DNA of 50,331 nucleotides from a virus (IMGVR_UViG_2734482547_000008), one strand, 5' to 3'; positions 18,404 to 28,495 are shown, counted from the stretch's first letter. Notes: generated by a model from the sequence alone, not told the origin. Numbers and translations: made by a program.

Positions 18404-18753
18404 GCGCGAGCCTTTTTCGCCTGTCTGGCGTTATTGCCGGTCTTTTTCCGGGGAGCATCCTGTCCGGCTTCGGCTAAATCTGCACCGGTCTCTGCATGAA
18501 CCACACCCGCCACGGCTCCCGCATCATCACCAGGCGTCTGTAGTATTCGTACAGTGAGGCATGGCTCCGCTTCCAGTCGGGCAAGCTGCTCCGGGGTGAC
18601 GTCAACCTGCTGGCGTCCCCGCATGAACAGGAACCCCGCACGACGAAACTGCGCACGACTGCAACGCACTTCTGCCAGTACCGTGACAGGACTGTCACCA
18701 CTGACCTGAAGGCCTGAATCATCTGTTGCTGCCACAGTGTGATGTTCATTCAT
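18400..18753 (-). CDS. Hypothetical protein (Mu gp35-like)
   Basis: 117-aa ORF directly after the major head gene. Confidence 0.4.
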   Translation of the reverse strand: MNEHHTVAATDDSGLQVSGDSPVTVLAEVRCSRAQFRRAGFLFMRGRQQVDVTPEQLARLEAEPCLTVRILQTPGDDAGAVAGVVHAETGADLAEAGQDAPRKKTGNNARQAKKARA

Positions 18754-18796
18754 ATTTGCCCTCCGCAGGGGCCGGGCCGTAAGCCCGGCTCACCGT

Positions 18797-19744
18797 TTAC
18801 AGATAATCCGCGACAACCAGCTCCAGCTTGCCCTTCATCTCGTTAGAGACGGTGGTGTTACCGTCCGCGAACAGCTCGCGCTCCAGCAGCTGCACCGCCT
18901 GTTTTTCCAGCGAGGTGGGGACAACAATATGGGTGGGTTTGATGCCGAGTTTGCGGCCACCGTCAGCCTTAAAGTCACGCATGGCTGACCAGCCGTGCCA
19001 CAGCGCATCCAGCGTCAGCGGTGACTGCATCATGTAGGCCATCTGCCAGAAGCCGTAGCCCACATTGCGACGGGCGGAAGCACCGAACACAAACTCGTTA
19101 TCAGTAAACGCACGGCCTTCATCGACTTTTGTCTGGGCAACCAGTTCGGCCTTGCGGCGATCCTGATAAATCAGCGGTTTTACCGCGCGGGAGCAGTCAA
19201 GCAGATACCAGGCCGGGCCGCTGTAATCCGCCTGTGCACCGACAGAGCCGGTTTTTGCCACAAACATATTGCTGACCATCTGTGCATCACCGGAGCCATC
19301 CACTTTGGGGTAAACAGGGTGTTCGGTATCAAAGAAGTTCTGGCCGTCATAGCAGGCCGCATTCAGACCATCACGCAGTGCAGCAAAGACCAGTTCATCC
19401 GGTTGTGCCGCCGCAGCGCGCCCCATCTCCTGGAACAACGGGGAGTAGATGCCAAGATTGTCGTCTTCAAAGTCATCGCGGCTAATGGCAACGGTGCCTT
19501 CAAAGGTTTTGTTCACGATGGCGTAGCCATAGGCTTTCATCTTCTCGATGACGCGGGAGCCGATCCACTCACGGAACTGCGGGAACTGCCCCAGCCAGCC
19601 GTAGGTGTTGGATTTCGACGTGGACGGTACGGTCATCGCAATTTTCTGGTACTGAGACGGAGCCATGGACATCCCGGCCTGAAAATCAGAACGGTAGCCC
19701 GTCATCAGGGCGGTGATCATCGCCGGTGTGATCGGGGTAGGCAT
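18797..19744 (-). CDS. Major capsid protein (Mu T-like)
   Basis: 315-aa ORF directly after the protease/scaffold gene; size and position match Mu T. Confidence 0.75.
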   Translation of the reverse strand: MPTPITPAMITALMTGYRSDFQAGMSMAPSQYQKIAMTVPSTSKSNTYGWLGQFPQFREWIGSRVIEKMKAYGYAIVNKTFEGTVAISRDDFEDDNLGIYSPLFQEMGRAAAAQPDELVFAALRDGLNAACYDGQNFFDTEHPVYPKVDGSGDAQMVSNMFVAKTGSVGAQADYSGPAWYLLDCSRAVKPLIYQDRRKAELVAQTKVDEGRAFTDNEFVFGASARRNVGYGFWQMAYMMQSPLTLDALWHGWSAMRDFKADGGRKLGIKPTHIVVPTSLEKQAVQLLERELFADGNTTVSNEMKGKLELVVADYL

Positions 19745-20868
19745 TATTGCATTTCCTCTTTCATTTTCAGGAACTCGGCTTCGGTTTTACCCAGCAGATG
19801 GGCGGCGGCGATATCTTCAGCCGACAGCGCAGCGGTGGCGGTCTTTTTATCCGGCACGGTTACGGTGTCGGTCTGAAGAGTGGTCAGAGCCGCAACCGGC
19901 TGGCGGGCGTCAAGCTGTGCAGAAAGTGCCGCAACACCAATCTGTTGTCCGAGTCCTTCCATGTATCCGCGTTCGCTTTTGAAAATGCGTCCTTCGGACT
20001 CGGCCTTATCCAGCAACTGCTCCAGCGTGGTGCTGCCGTGTTGTGCCGACAACGCGACATATTCGGTACGCAGGGCGTTATACGTCTCAACGGGCACGTA
20101 TTTCGTCAGATCAATAGTGCCGCCAGTTGGTGTGCCTTTTGCGGTTTCCAGCTCTGCCGACAGGCTGGCAACCTGCGTTTTCAGGGTGTCGTGCGCATCC
20201 GCACGGGTTTTGATCCCGGTAAGGGCAGACAGCGCCGCCGTGCCCAGTTCCGGTGTAAATTCGTCACCGTCGGCCACGGTCAGACCGAGCGCCGTCAGCA
20301 ACTGGCGTAATTGCTCATTCATGGAGGTGTCCTTTAAAGGAGGGTTTAAGGCGTTATAAAGGTCATCCGCCGACAGTGCGGCGACAGGATTCATGCCAGT
20401 CAGACCGGGGTCACCGGTAATAGCCAGCATCCGAAGCTCAACAGGTTCACCGGTGATTTCGTCATAACCAATCACCGGGGAAAACCAGGGAAATTCGTTA
20501 TTGCGCAGGTGTTCAATGGCCGGAGGGTTCCAGTCCGGACGCACTTCAAAACCCCGCTCTTCACTGAAGCGGAAGTTTTCCGGTGAGGCCATGACAAAAC
20601 CGGCAGCCGGTGCCGGATGCCCCTTAATCAGGGTCTGGTGGTTGTAGTCAATTTTTACCGGCTGATTGAGCGCCACAACCCGGGATACCATGCGCTCAAC
20701 GGCCGCATGGTTAATCAGCCAGCCTTCCGCCGGTTTTTCCGGGCGACCGTCACGGGCCTTTACCCGACCGGCTGGCATGATCTGACACCAGTCACCGTCC
20801 CCGTCTGCGGACAGGCTGATGGCATTCAGAATGGCATAAGCAAGTTTGGGCGTGTTTTTCGTCTTCAT
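19744..20868 (-). CDS. Head maturation protease / scaffold (Mu I/Z-like)
   Basis: 374-aa ORF with a coiled-coil-like C-terminal half; position matches Mu I. Confidence 0.7.
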   Translation of the reverse strand: MKTKNTPKLAYAILNAISLSADGDGDWCQIMPAGRVKARDGRPEKPAEGWLINHAAVERMVSRVVALNQPVKIDYNHQTLIKGHPAPAAGFVMASPENFRFSEERGFEVRPDWNPPAIEHLRNNEFPWFSPVIGYDEITGEPVELRMLAITGDPGLTGMNPVAALSADDLYNALNPPLKDTSMNEQLRQLLTALGLTVADGDEFTPELGTAALSALTGIKTRADAHDTLKTQVASLSAELETAKGTPTGGTIDLTKYVPVETYNALRTEYVALSAQHGSTTLEQLLDKAESEGRIFKSERGYMEGLGQQIGVAALSAQLDARQPVAALTTLQTDTVTVPDKKTATAALSAEDIAAAHLLGKTEAEFLKMKEEMQ

Positions 20869-21045
20869 TCCGGCAGCATAAGCCGGTGTTTTTCGGGGCC
20901 GGTTTTGCGGGACTTCAGAAAGTGCTGACAGGGGAAAAATGAGAAAGGCGCTTCACGCAGATTTTAAAGCCCGTTAAATACAGGTTAGAAAATCACGACA
21001 CGCGCCTGAAGAGGGTAAGGCAATGCGTTTGTATACCTTAAACCA

Positions 21046-21519
21046 TTACGGCGTTTCTGTGGCCTTTTTAAAGCGTTTTCTGATTTCGTCCATGATCTCC
21101 TGTTCTGCCACCTGATCAAAGCCCATATACGGACGTGCGCCAATGGCCGCCGGTCCCGGTGGCATACCAGGCAGGCCACCCCACTGATGAATGGCCGCAT
21201 AAGGTTCATTTGATCCAATCAGCGCCCAGGTATCGCCATAATCCGTGGTCAGGCGGCGGGCCAGATCGCCGTTCAGTGTCAGGATTTTGCCGGGCGTGTA
21301 TCCCTTACGGGTACGCCACTTGCGGTAAGGATCTGACCAGTCATGCCAGCGTTCGCCGTCCGGCTCTTTTTCCTGTTCAAACGCCATTTCTGACGATGAC
21401 AGAAGACTCTCCGCCACACTGCGGGCCAGGTCTTTTCCGCCGCCCACAAACTGAAGCCGGGCAAACACCCGCTGGAGACGCGTAACGTCAACAACGACAG
21501 CGGCATCAATGGATGACAT
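21046..21519 (-). CDS. Virion morphogenesis protein (Mu G-like)
   Basis: 157-aa ORF between the F-like gene and the protease gene; size matches Mu G (156 aa). Confidence 0.6.
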   Translation of the reverse strand: MSSIDAAVVVDVTRLQRVFARLQFVGGGKDLARSVAESLLSSSEMAFEQEKEPDGERWHDWSDPYRKWRTRKGYTPGKILTLNGDLARRLTTDYGDTWALIGSNEPYAAIHQWGGLPGMPPGPAAIGARPYMGFDQVAEQEIMDEIRKRFKKATETP

Positions 21520-21640
21520 ATTGCCTCCGCATAAAGGATGAATATAAAATAAACAGGCGGTCAGTGTACGCTTAACTGGTAAAGTCGGTGCCTGCCTCCG
21601 GGTGGATCATGTATGCGGGTTCGACCCCCGCCACTGACCG

Positions 21641-22972
21641 TTAATCAATTTGTCCTTCCAGCACCTCAAGCATTCCGCCCCGGATATCCGATTTCAGCTT
21701 ATCCATATTGATAACCCGGTAAGCATTCACAATCACATCCAGTTTGTCGGGCTGACGTTTCAGACTGTACGGTGCATTAACGGCAATCTGCACACTGCCA
21801 TCCTTATTTTCCACGATATACATCAGATTTTTGTGCCGTTTGTCCCACAGCACCGCTTTTGGCTTTGCCAGCATTGCCGGTAAGCGCCCGAAGTCCTCTG
21901 GCATCAGGGCGATGCCGTCATTCTGATGTTTCACACTGTCTGCATGGAGCACATTTTTACCGCTCATCGCCAGCAGGCGGGCCGGTGGCGTTCCCGTCCG
22001 GCTTTCCACTGCCTGCGCAATGCTTTCAGTCATAAAGCCCAGCGTGCGGATATCGTTACCACCTCGCCGGGTCTGCATGATGTTTTTTGCCCAGATGCGG
22101 AACGCCAGCTGCCGCTCCGGGCTGTTGTTCATCTCCTGAACCACCATTTCCCGTAACGCCGGGCTTTTCACCTCGATCAGTTTGCGGATCAGCGCCTGGT
22201 CTGTGCCGAACGCTGCCGAGCCGGGGTTATATGACCAGCCCACATCCGGTGTCATGGTTCTGGTGCCATCTGAATATGTGGTCACCGGCATTTCTCTGAC
22301 TTCTCCGGTCTGTTTATCCACGCCAGCCTCAACATTGCGGGTGGAGAGATGATCCTCACCGGATGAAACGGATAACCCCATTGCATCCAGACGAGCCTGA
22401 GACAATGGCCGCACACGGCAGCGGCAGTTCCAGCCATTAGGTGGGTAGTGTGTTTTCCAGAACGGATCGTCATAGCGGAATACCAGACCGTTAAGGGCGG
22501 AATGCGACGGGCGGGTACGGCTGTCCATGACCGCCACATACTGCCAGAACGGATGCGTGTCCGTGTTGTTCATCATCTGCGTGTAACGCCCGGCATTGTA
22601 AGCCACCCGGGTGTTCACGTTGTAAATCAGCGCCAGACGACGGGGACTGCCCAGTTGCACTTCTTCCGCGTTACCGTCGCTGTCCACCACAATCTGCTTT
22701 CCCCACCATCCCAGCTTTTGCAGGCGTGGCGTCAGCGTGCGGATAAATGCTTTCTGTGAAATTCCCTCATCAATGGCCCGCTGCACTTCGGCCTGTAACG
22801 TGGTCACCACATCCAGGCGTGCCGCTTTTGCTGCCGTGAATGAGCGGGCATGAACATCCGCGGCTGTTTCGAACCAGTTCCAGCTGATATGCGCCCCTTT
22901 GACACGGAAGTATGCTACCGCCTCTTTTGAGGGAAGCGTGGCGGCATAACCTAAATCAATCCCCTGTGTCAT
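21641..22972 (-). CDS. Head morphogenesis protein (Mu F-like)
   Basis: 443-aa ORF directly after the portal gene; size and position match Mu F. Confidence 0.7.
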   Translation of the reverse strand: MTQGIDLGYAATLPSKEAVAYFRVKGAHISWNWFETAADVHARSFTAAKAARLDVVTTLQAEVQRAIDEGISQKAFIRTLTPRLQKLGWWGKQIVVDSDGNAEEVQLGSPRRLALIYNVNTRVAYNAGRYTQMMNNTDTHPFWQYVAVMDSRTRPSHSALNGLVFRYDDPFWKTHYPPNGWNCRCRVRPLSQARLDAMGLSVSSGEDHLSTRNVEAGVDKQTGEVREMPVTTYSDGTRTMTPDVGWSYNPGSAAFGTDQALIRKLIEVKSPALREMVVQEMNNSPERQLAFRIWAKNIMQTRRGGNDIRTLGFMTESIAQAVESRTGTPPARLLAMSGKNVLHADSVKHQNDGIALMPEDFGRLPAMLAKPKAVLWDKRHKNLMYIVENKDGSVQIAVNAPYSLKRQPDKLDVIVNAYRVINMDKLKSDIRGGMLEVLEGQID

Positions 22973-24554
22973 CCAGCATCCCCTTCATTTCCGCAGCAAA
23001 CATGGCATCACTGAGCAGCGTCATCAGGCGGGAATCATCCATTTCACGATAAAGGGCAGGCAGGTCTGCCAGCGCATCCGCCAGCCCCCGCGTTCTGATG
23101 GCATCAATGACCGGCTCCAGTACCGGGTCGATGGCCTCCTGTAAGCGGCGGGCAGGCACCGCGTCCCCCATATCATCCAGTTCATCACGCGGCGTGCTTT
23201 TCGCTTCCGGCAGTCTGGCTGACAGCGCCGTCTGCTCTGTTTTTTCCTGTTTTTCCGGTGGTGTTTCCCTGTCGGTCTGAGCCGGTTCATTGCCACTCTG
23301 ACGGACACGGAATATGGCTTCACCGGGCGTGGGCTGCGGAATACCGGTCTGCTCACGTATCCAGGGATCAGAAATATCCATCCCCGTACTGAGCTGCATC
23401 ACCGCACTGGTGATTTTGGTGATATCACCTGGTTCTTTTGTCTGGAAGCAGATACGTGGCAGACGGCGGATATCAATAGTGTGCGTGGTGTTCAGGGCGT
23501 ACAGCGGATACACCAGATCGCGGTTCAGGGTTGCAGCCAGCTGGCGTAAATCAGAATCCCTGATTTCCCGGCGCACCTCGTTATGCACCTCACCCAGCGA
23601 GCGCGCGCCTTTGTCTCCGGCTTCTGTGGTCAGCGTGCCGCCGAGTATTGCTTTGGAGATGGAACGCTCACCCCACGAAATCATGGTTTCAAACGGATCG
23701 GCCTGACCGTTCGCTGCCGCCTGAAACTCCAGCGACATCCCGGCCGGGATGATCCCGCCTGTACGTCGCCCGATATCCATCACCGCCCGCATCAGGGCAC
23801 TTTTCTGCTCCGGTGTTGCCCCGGACGGGTATTTCCCGACCTTCATTGGCAGGCCGTACACCTCCAGAAATTCCGCCAGATCGCGCACGGAATAGTTTTT
23901 GAAAATGAACGGCCAGATAAGCGTTCTGACAAGCCCCGTCGCACCACCGTAGCCGGTGCGTGAACGCGACTGATGCACTATCCAGCCAAAGGGCTGAAAC
24001 GCCACCCCGGCATGGCTGCCGTCACGCAGCCGCAGTTCGCTCAAATCATCCGGGTTAAGGCAGAAATGCCCGCTGTCACGCCATCGGATGGCGCGGATGA
24101 TGTGCATCTTACCGAGCATCCCGTGCTCAATCTCCATGCAGGAATAGCCCTTCAGGATGGCATCGGTGGCATCAAATAACATGGCATCAAACCAGTCGGC
24201 GGAATGCAGATATTCGTCGAGCATTTCCGCGTCCTTTTTCTCATTCGCGCTGGCGTTCGGTGGCGGCTCAATGCTCCATGGCACCCCCTGAATGGCAAGA
24301 CGTCGCTTGCCCAGCTCCGCAAAAAGGTGGGTGTCCTTTTCTTCAATGTCAGCCGCCAGATCGGACTGGGCAATCAGATCGCCACGTTCAGCCCCGCGAA
24401 GGCACTGCGCCGCCCGGTTCGGGGTGATACCCGAGGCGGGATGCTCAACATAACGGCTGGCAATCTGCGGAATATCCAGCGCGGTACTTTGCATCTCCGG
24501 GTCAAAGGAGAAAGGTTTTCCGTCAAGATCAATTATGCGTCCCACTACCAGCAC
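22956..24554 (-). CDS. Portal protein (Mu H/gp29-like)
   Basis: 532-aa ORF directly after the large terminase gene; size and position match the Mu portal. Confidence 0.75.
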   Translation of the reverse strand: MLVVGRIIDLDGKPFSFDPEMQSTALDIPQIASRYVEHPASGITPNRAAQCLRGAERGDLIAQSDLAADIEEKDTHLFAELGKRRLAIQGVPWSIEPPPNASANEKKDAEMLDEYLHSADWFDAMLFDATDAILKGYSCMEIEHGMLGKMHIIRAIRWRDSGHFCLNPDDLSELRLRDGSHAGVAFQPFGWIVHQSRSRTGYGGATGLVRTLIWPFIFKNYSVRDLAEFLEVYGLPMKVGKYPSGATPEQKSALMRAVMDIGRRTGGIIPAGMSLEFQAAANGQADPFETMISWGERSISKAILGGTLTTEAGDKGARSLGEVHNEVRREIRDSDLRQLAATLNRDLVYPLYALNTTHTIDIRRLPRICFQTKEPGDITKITSAVMQLSTGMDISDPWIREQTGIPQPTPGEAIFRVRQSGNEPAQTDRETPPEKQEKTEQTALSARLPEAKSTPRDELDDMGDAVPARRLQEAIDPVLEPVIDAIRTRGLADALADLPALYREMDDSRLMTLLSDAMFAAEMKGMLDDTGD

Positions 24555-26209
24555 CCCCGATCAAATTCATGATATGCCTCATCGTCATCACGATAACCGC
24601 CCTCCATTGCCCGCGACCGCTCCGGCAGCGCCTGACAGGCTGATTCATCCAGGATGAAACCCTCCATGTATGACGCCCGGTTTGCCATACAGAGTGCCAC
24701 GGCAAAATCACCATGGCGGCGGGCGTTCGCAGCCGTTGCGTTCTGGTCCTTCGTGCGCCCCTTGTCGATTTGCGGGATACCATTCACCACCTTCACATGG
24801 CGCAAATCATCAAGCGTGGTCTGATGGCGGGCGACGAGGATATTCTGATCTTCAAACTCGGCTTTCAGTTTTGGCATCCACTCGCCGTACCACTTCGGCG
24901 ACAACATCACGCAGTCGATGATGTCCGGGCCAAAGGCCAGCAGTGCGGCCTCTGCCAGATAGCCGCCGTTACCGGTGGCGTCGAACGCCGCACCGACCAG
25001 CGCCGGAACGCGGGTCAGGATGTACATCATCACCTGTTCCTGCTGGGCATACGGCAGGTTGCGCAGCTCCACGCGAAACACCTCGCGCTTTGCCAGGAGT
25101 TCGGTGATTTCCAGCAGCACAAAGCAGGACAGGTCACCGGTGCGGGCAAAGTCTTCCCCGAAGCTGAAGCGGGAACGGGGATTTAATTTCTCTGTAAGCG
25201 GTTTTAAATGTTCTTCACACCAGGTTAAAACTTCCGATTCACGCAGCCATGCGGCACGGCTGATGAAGTCGTCCGGGGCTTCAAACGTCAGAATCGGGAT
25301 GTCACGAATCATCGCCATTTCAATAAGCGCGTGAGGAATATAGGCACCGCCGGATTTTTTCGGGATACAGCCGTATTCCTCGTCGGCATCCTCACGGGTC
25401 GGGGCGTTTTTGTAGAGATCATCACGCCATTTCTGCTCGCTTTCCGGTGACCATTCCTGATCGGTGACGTAACAGATACGACGGTACAGCCCGTCCGCAA
25501 TGGCATCATCCAGGGTTATGCGGTGGACGCTGTAATCCTTGCGCCCCTCGCGGGCTTCCTGAATGTACTGATTAAACAGATTATCGACGCCGTTATGCGT
25601 GGAAATAATGCGCACGCGTGCGCCCCACATGGTAAGCGCCATTGCCGCCTTGAGAAGCTCATCCAGTGACTCGTGGAACGCGGCTTCATCAATCACCACA
25701 TCCCCCTGAAGACCGCGCAGGTTTGACGGACGGGAAGACAATGCCTGAATTTTGAATCCACTGTTCGGAAAGCGGATCATGTAGGTCAGAATTTCTTCTT
25801 TTTTATCCCGATCCCAGAATGTCTGCTCATACACATCAGCATCTGCCAGCTGGTTAAAGGCACGGGAGAACAGCGCGCAGGCAGAAATATATTCCAGCGC
25901 CATCTCCTGTTTTGACCCCACATAAAACACATTACGGCCACCACGACGCTTAGGCTTTGCGGCGGTAATGACGTTACGCCCGGCTTCCGCCCAGGTAAGC
26001 CCGGTGCGTCGGGATTTCTCCGCGATGCAGACCTGACTTTCATCTGCAAACCAGCGGGCCTGATAATCCAGAAACACCGGCATATCACCGGGCAAATCAA
26101 GGCTGTCCGGCACATCCACGCCCAGCAGGGCTTTTTCACCGGACAGATCAATTTTGCGGGGAGGTGTCATTTGTATCAGTGAAGGAGACTTTTCTTTGGC
26201 TTTGTTCAT
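24545..26209 (-). CDS. Terminase large subunit (Mu gp28-like)
   Basis: 554-aa ORF with a P-loop-like N-terminal segment (AEKSRRTGLT) and acidic nuclease-like C-terminal half; first gene of the head block. Confidence 0.8.
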   Translation of the reverse strand: MNKAKEKSPSLIQMTPPRKIDLSGEKALLGVDVPDSLDLPGDMPVFLDYQARWFADESQVCIAEKSRRTGLTWAEAGRNVITAAKPKRRGGRNVFYVGSKQEMALEYISACALFSRAFNQLADADVYEQTFWDRDKKEEILTYMIRFPNSGFKIQALSSRPSNLRGLQGDVVIDEAAFHESLDELLKAAMALTMWGARVRIISTHNGVDNLFNQYIQEAREGRKDYSVHRITLDDAIADGLYRRICYVTDQEWSPESEQKWRDDLYKNAPTREDADEEYGCIPKKSGGAYIPHALIEMAMIRDIPILTFEAPDDFISRAAWLRESEVLTWCEEHLKPLTEKLNPRSRFSFGEDFARTGDLSCFVLLEITELLAKREVFRVELRNLPYAQQEQVMMYILTRVPALVGAAFDATGNGGYLAEAALLAFGPDIIDCVMLSPKWYGEWMPKLKAEFEDQNILVARHQTTLDDLRHVKVVNGIPQIDKGRTKDQNATAANARRHGDFAVALCMANRASYMEGFILDESACQALPERSRAMEGGYRDDDEAYHEFDRGCW

Positions 26210-26457
26210 CAGGCTTTACCTGTCAGAATGCTTTTGATTCGGAACTCAAGCTCTTCAGTCATCACGTCCACGCCACTCAACTCATCAGTGACAGCCCCTG
26301 CCAGCAGCGAATGCAGTTGTTCCAGGGATATTTCCCCGGCAATGCTGAGTTCAGTCAACTCACGACACGCTTTTATGGTTTCAGGAGGTAACTGTGTTGC
26401 AAGACTGAATGCCTTCTGATGAGCACTGCTCATCAGTGAGCGGTTATCTGTTACCAC
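26209..26457 (-). CDS. Small protein paralogous to the C-terminus of the gp27-like protein
   Basis: 82-aa ORF whose C-terminus (AVTDELSGVDVMTEELEFRIKSILTGKA) parallels that of ORF 26468-27049 (AVTDELRGVDGMSEQIEFRIRQMLLGKA). Confidence 0.45.
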   Translation of the reverse strand: MVTDNRSLMSSAHQKAFSLATQLPPETIKACRELTELSIAGEISLEQLHSLLAGAVTDELSGVDVMTEELEFRIKSILTGKA

Positions 26458-26467
26458 GATTCACCTC

Positions 26468-27049
26468 CTACGCCTTACCAAGCAGCATCTGCCTGATACG
26501 GAATTCTATCTGCTCGCTCATGCCATCCACGCCGCGCAACTCGTCGGTGACGGCGTTCGCCATCTCTTCAGCAAATGCGGCCCGGATTTCTTTTTCACGC
26601 TTAATGCTGCGCTCGGCGGCACTTTCCGCACGCTGTGCCGACAGGAGGATGTCCTTAATAAGGCGCATATCCACATCGCTGTCGCTGTTCAGGGATTCGG
26701 TGGCGGCACGCAGACGGCGGTACATCAGGGCACGGGACATCTCCAGAATCAGTGCCGTGGTTTCACCGGTCGGCTTATCCCCCAGTTCGGCCATCATGGC
26801 TTTTGTCTGCTCGCGTAAATCACGCAGATTACGGGCAATCAGCTCATTACGGGAGGCTTCCCGGCTGATGGCCGCCGGTGAAAGCTGCTGCTCTTCCGGC
26901 AGGCCTGCCTCACGGATCAGACGGTTGATTTCCTCGCGGATCTGGACCTGCGTCAGGCGTTTTTCACGCAGCATTTCCAGCAGCGGCTTACGGATGCTGT
27001 CGGGGAGCAAATCCACCTTGCGTACACGGCCACGCGTCGGCTTATCCAT
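26468..27049 (-). CDS. Terminase small subunit-like / DNA-binding protein (Mu gp27-like)
   Basis: 193-aa charged protein directly upstream of the large terminase; position matches Mu gp27. Confidence 0.5.
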   Translation of the reverse strand: MDKPTRGRVRKVDLLPDSIRKPLLEMLREKRLTQVQIREEINRLIREAGLPEEQQLSPAAISREASRNELIARNLRDLREQTKAMMAELGDKPTGETTALILEMSRALMYRRLRAATESLNSDSDVDMRLIKDILLSAQRAESAAERSIKREKEIRAAFAEEMANAVTDELRGVDGMSEQIEFRIRQMLLGKA

Positions 27050-27051
27050 CG

Positions 27052-27342
27052 TTACCCCCTTGCGCGTGGTTTCTTCACACCCGGAACAGTGGCACGACCT
27101 TCCGCCACATCCTGACCCCGGCCGGTCAGTTCAGCGATGAAATAACCGTTAACAAGCGTGCGCTTACGCACCAGTCCCTGCTCAGCAAGCCAGGCAATGT
27201 GGGTGTGAACGGTGTCGCGGGACACGCGGTGGCCGTAATCATCCAGGCAGTCCTGAAGCACGGATTCGCCCAGTTCGCCGTTGTAATCCGCCAGCGACCG
27301 CAGAATGACAAGACGCTGATCTTCAGTAATGAAATCACTCAT
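27052..27342 (-). CDS. Hypothetical protein (Mu gp26-like)
   Basis: 96-aa ORF in the lysis-to-packaging interval; synteny. Confidence 0.4.
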   Translation of the reverse strand: MSDFITEDQRLVILRSLADYNGELGESVLQDCLDDYGHRVSRDTVHTHIAWLAEQGLVRKRTLVNGYFIAELTGRGQDVAEGRATVPGVKKPRARG

Positions 27343-27646
27343 TGTGTTTTTTCCTTACAGCCTGCTCCAGCAGCAGTTCGTTCTGATGAGAGACGGATTT
27401 CAGGGTGGCGTTGGTGGCCTTTAGCTCACCGCGCAGGGTGGTGATTTCGATATTGAGTCTGTTCACCTCCTGCTGCGTGGGCAGGCCGGAAATCCGGCTC
27501 TCCACCCGCTCAACCCGATCGGAGAGTTTTTCAAAGGCCTCGCGGGGGACGAAGGTTTTGCGCATCAGCGCCATGAAGATCCCCCCGGCCGTGGCCGTTG
27601 CCGACAGGATCGGCACAACATAATCTTTAACGATGCTGACCCACAT
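27335..27646 (-). CDS. Membrane-anchored coiled-coil protein (Mu gp25-like)
   Basis: 103-aa ORF with an N-terminal hydrophobic helix (VVPILSATATAGGIFMALM) and coiled-coil C-terminus. Confidence 0.45.
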   Translation of the reverse strand: MWVSIVKDYVVPILSATATAGGIFMALMRKTFVPREAFEKLSDRVERVESRISGLPTQQEVNRLNIEITTLRGELKATNATLKSVSHQNELLLEQAVRKKHNE

Positions 27647-27854
27647 GACCGGCCTCCATGATGTTCTGGCAGTTCACACAACGGATGGCATCCGGCACGG
27701 CAACCAGACGGGCAGCCGGAATATCACCCCCGCAGTCCGCGCATACACGCCTGCCCGGTGTCTCCGCCACCCGGCGCTTACGTGTCAGCCGGTCACAAAG
27801 GGCGCGTTCTGTTGCCCGCTCCATGACAGCCTGAGCACAATCTGAATCATCCAT
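27627..27854 (-). CDS. TraR/DksA-family C4 zinc-finger protein
   Basis: ORF 27627-27920 trimmed to the ATG at 27852-27854 (AAGGAAAAAGG upstream). C-terminal motif CADCGGDIP...RCVNCQ. Confidence 0.5.
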   Translation of the reverse strand: MDDSDCAQAVMERATERALCDRLTRKRRVAETPGRRVCADCGGDIPAARLVAVPDAIRCVNCQNIMEAGHVGQHR

Positions 27855-27864
27855 ACCTTTTTCC

Positions 27865-28236
27865 TTACTTCGTCTTTCCTGCCGGAACAGCAGGCGTTCC
27901 GGCCATATCAGTAAATTCATGTTGTCGCCGCGCCTCCAGACGACGAATACTGGCCTTGTCCACGTTGCAGTTCTTGATCACCGCCAGCAGTTGCAGGTTG
28001 TAAGTGACCGATGCCCCAAACGTGAACGGCTCCGGCGCAGGAGGGACCAGGCAGTCAGCCAGCCATTCAGCGGGGATCGGAACCGGCTGCACAGGCACGT
28101 ATTTCACAGACGGCCCGGCGCACCCGCTCAGCCACATCATCAGGCACAGGAACAGAGGCCGCAGGCACTGTTGCCAGCGACCGGCGGACAACGCTCTGCT
28201 GCTCCTCGCTGTGCTGAATGTTCTGTTGCTTTTCAT
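27865..28236 (-). CDS. o-spanin (Rz1-like outer-membrane lipoprotein) partly embedded in the i-spanin gene
   Basis: Alternate frame within and beyond the i-spanin ORF. Lipobox LSGC after a hydrophobic stretch (LRPLFLCLMMWLSGC), then a Pro-rich segment. Start uncertain (ATG at 28236 or TTG near 28191). Confidence 0.5.
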   Translation of the reverse strand: MKSNRTFSTARSSRALSAGRWQQCLRPLFLCLMMWLSGCAGPSVKYVPVQPVPIPAEWLADCLVPPAPEPFTFGASVTYNLQLLAVIKNCNVDKASIRRLEARRQHEFTDMAGTPAVPAGKTK

Positions 28237-28495
28237 TCGTGGCCGCCTCACTGATTTGTGAAATGAGGTGCAGGGTGTGCTGCTGATTTGCCAGCACCTG
28301 ACGCACCTCATCCCGCTCACGCACAAGTACCTGATTATTGCCCTCAAGACGCTGCGTCTTCTGGTGCATTCCCCATATCGCGGCAACCAGTACGGCGATA
28401 ATCCCCAGCGCCGCCATGCTCGCCCCGGCAATCAGGGCCGGTAAGGGATTGTTCACCACAGCCACAGTGCCCCCCGCAGCGCCACAACGGCACAT
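28067..28495 (-). CDS. i-spanin (Rz-like inner-membrane protein)
   Basis: N-terminal transmembrane segment (LPALIAGASMAALGIIAVLVAAIWG) followed by a coiled-coil periplasmic domain; directly after the endolysin gene. Start approximate (ORF track extends to 28588 via a TTG). Confidence 0.5.
   Translation of the reverse strand: MCRCGAAGGTVAVVNNPLPALIAGASMAALGIIAVLVAAIWGMHQKTQRLEGNNQVLVRERDEVRQVLANQQHTLHLISQISEAATNEKQQNIQHSEEQQSVVRRSLATVPAASVPVPDDVAERVRRAVCEIRACAAGSDPR

Noticed and set aside
21561-21641. Possible tRNA gene suggested by T-arm-like GCGGGTTCGACCCCCGC and acceptor-like inverted repeat
   Set aside because: No convincing D-arm or anticodon stem-loop could be drawn; kept only as a structured intergenic element in the findings.
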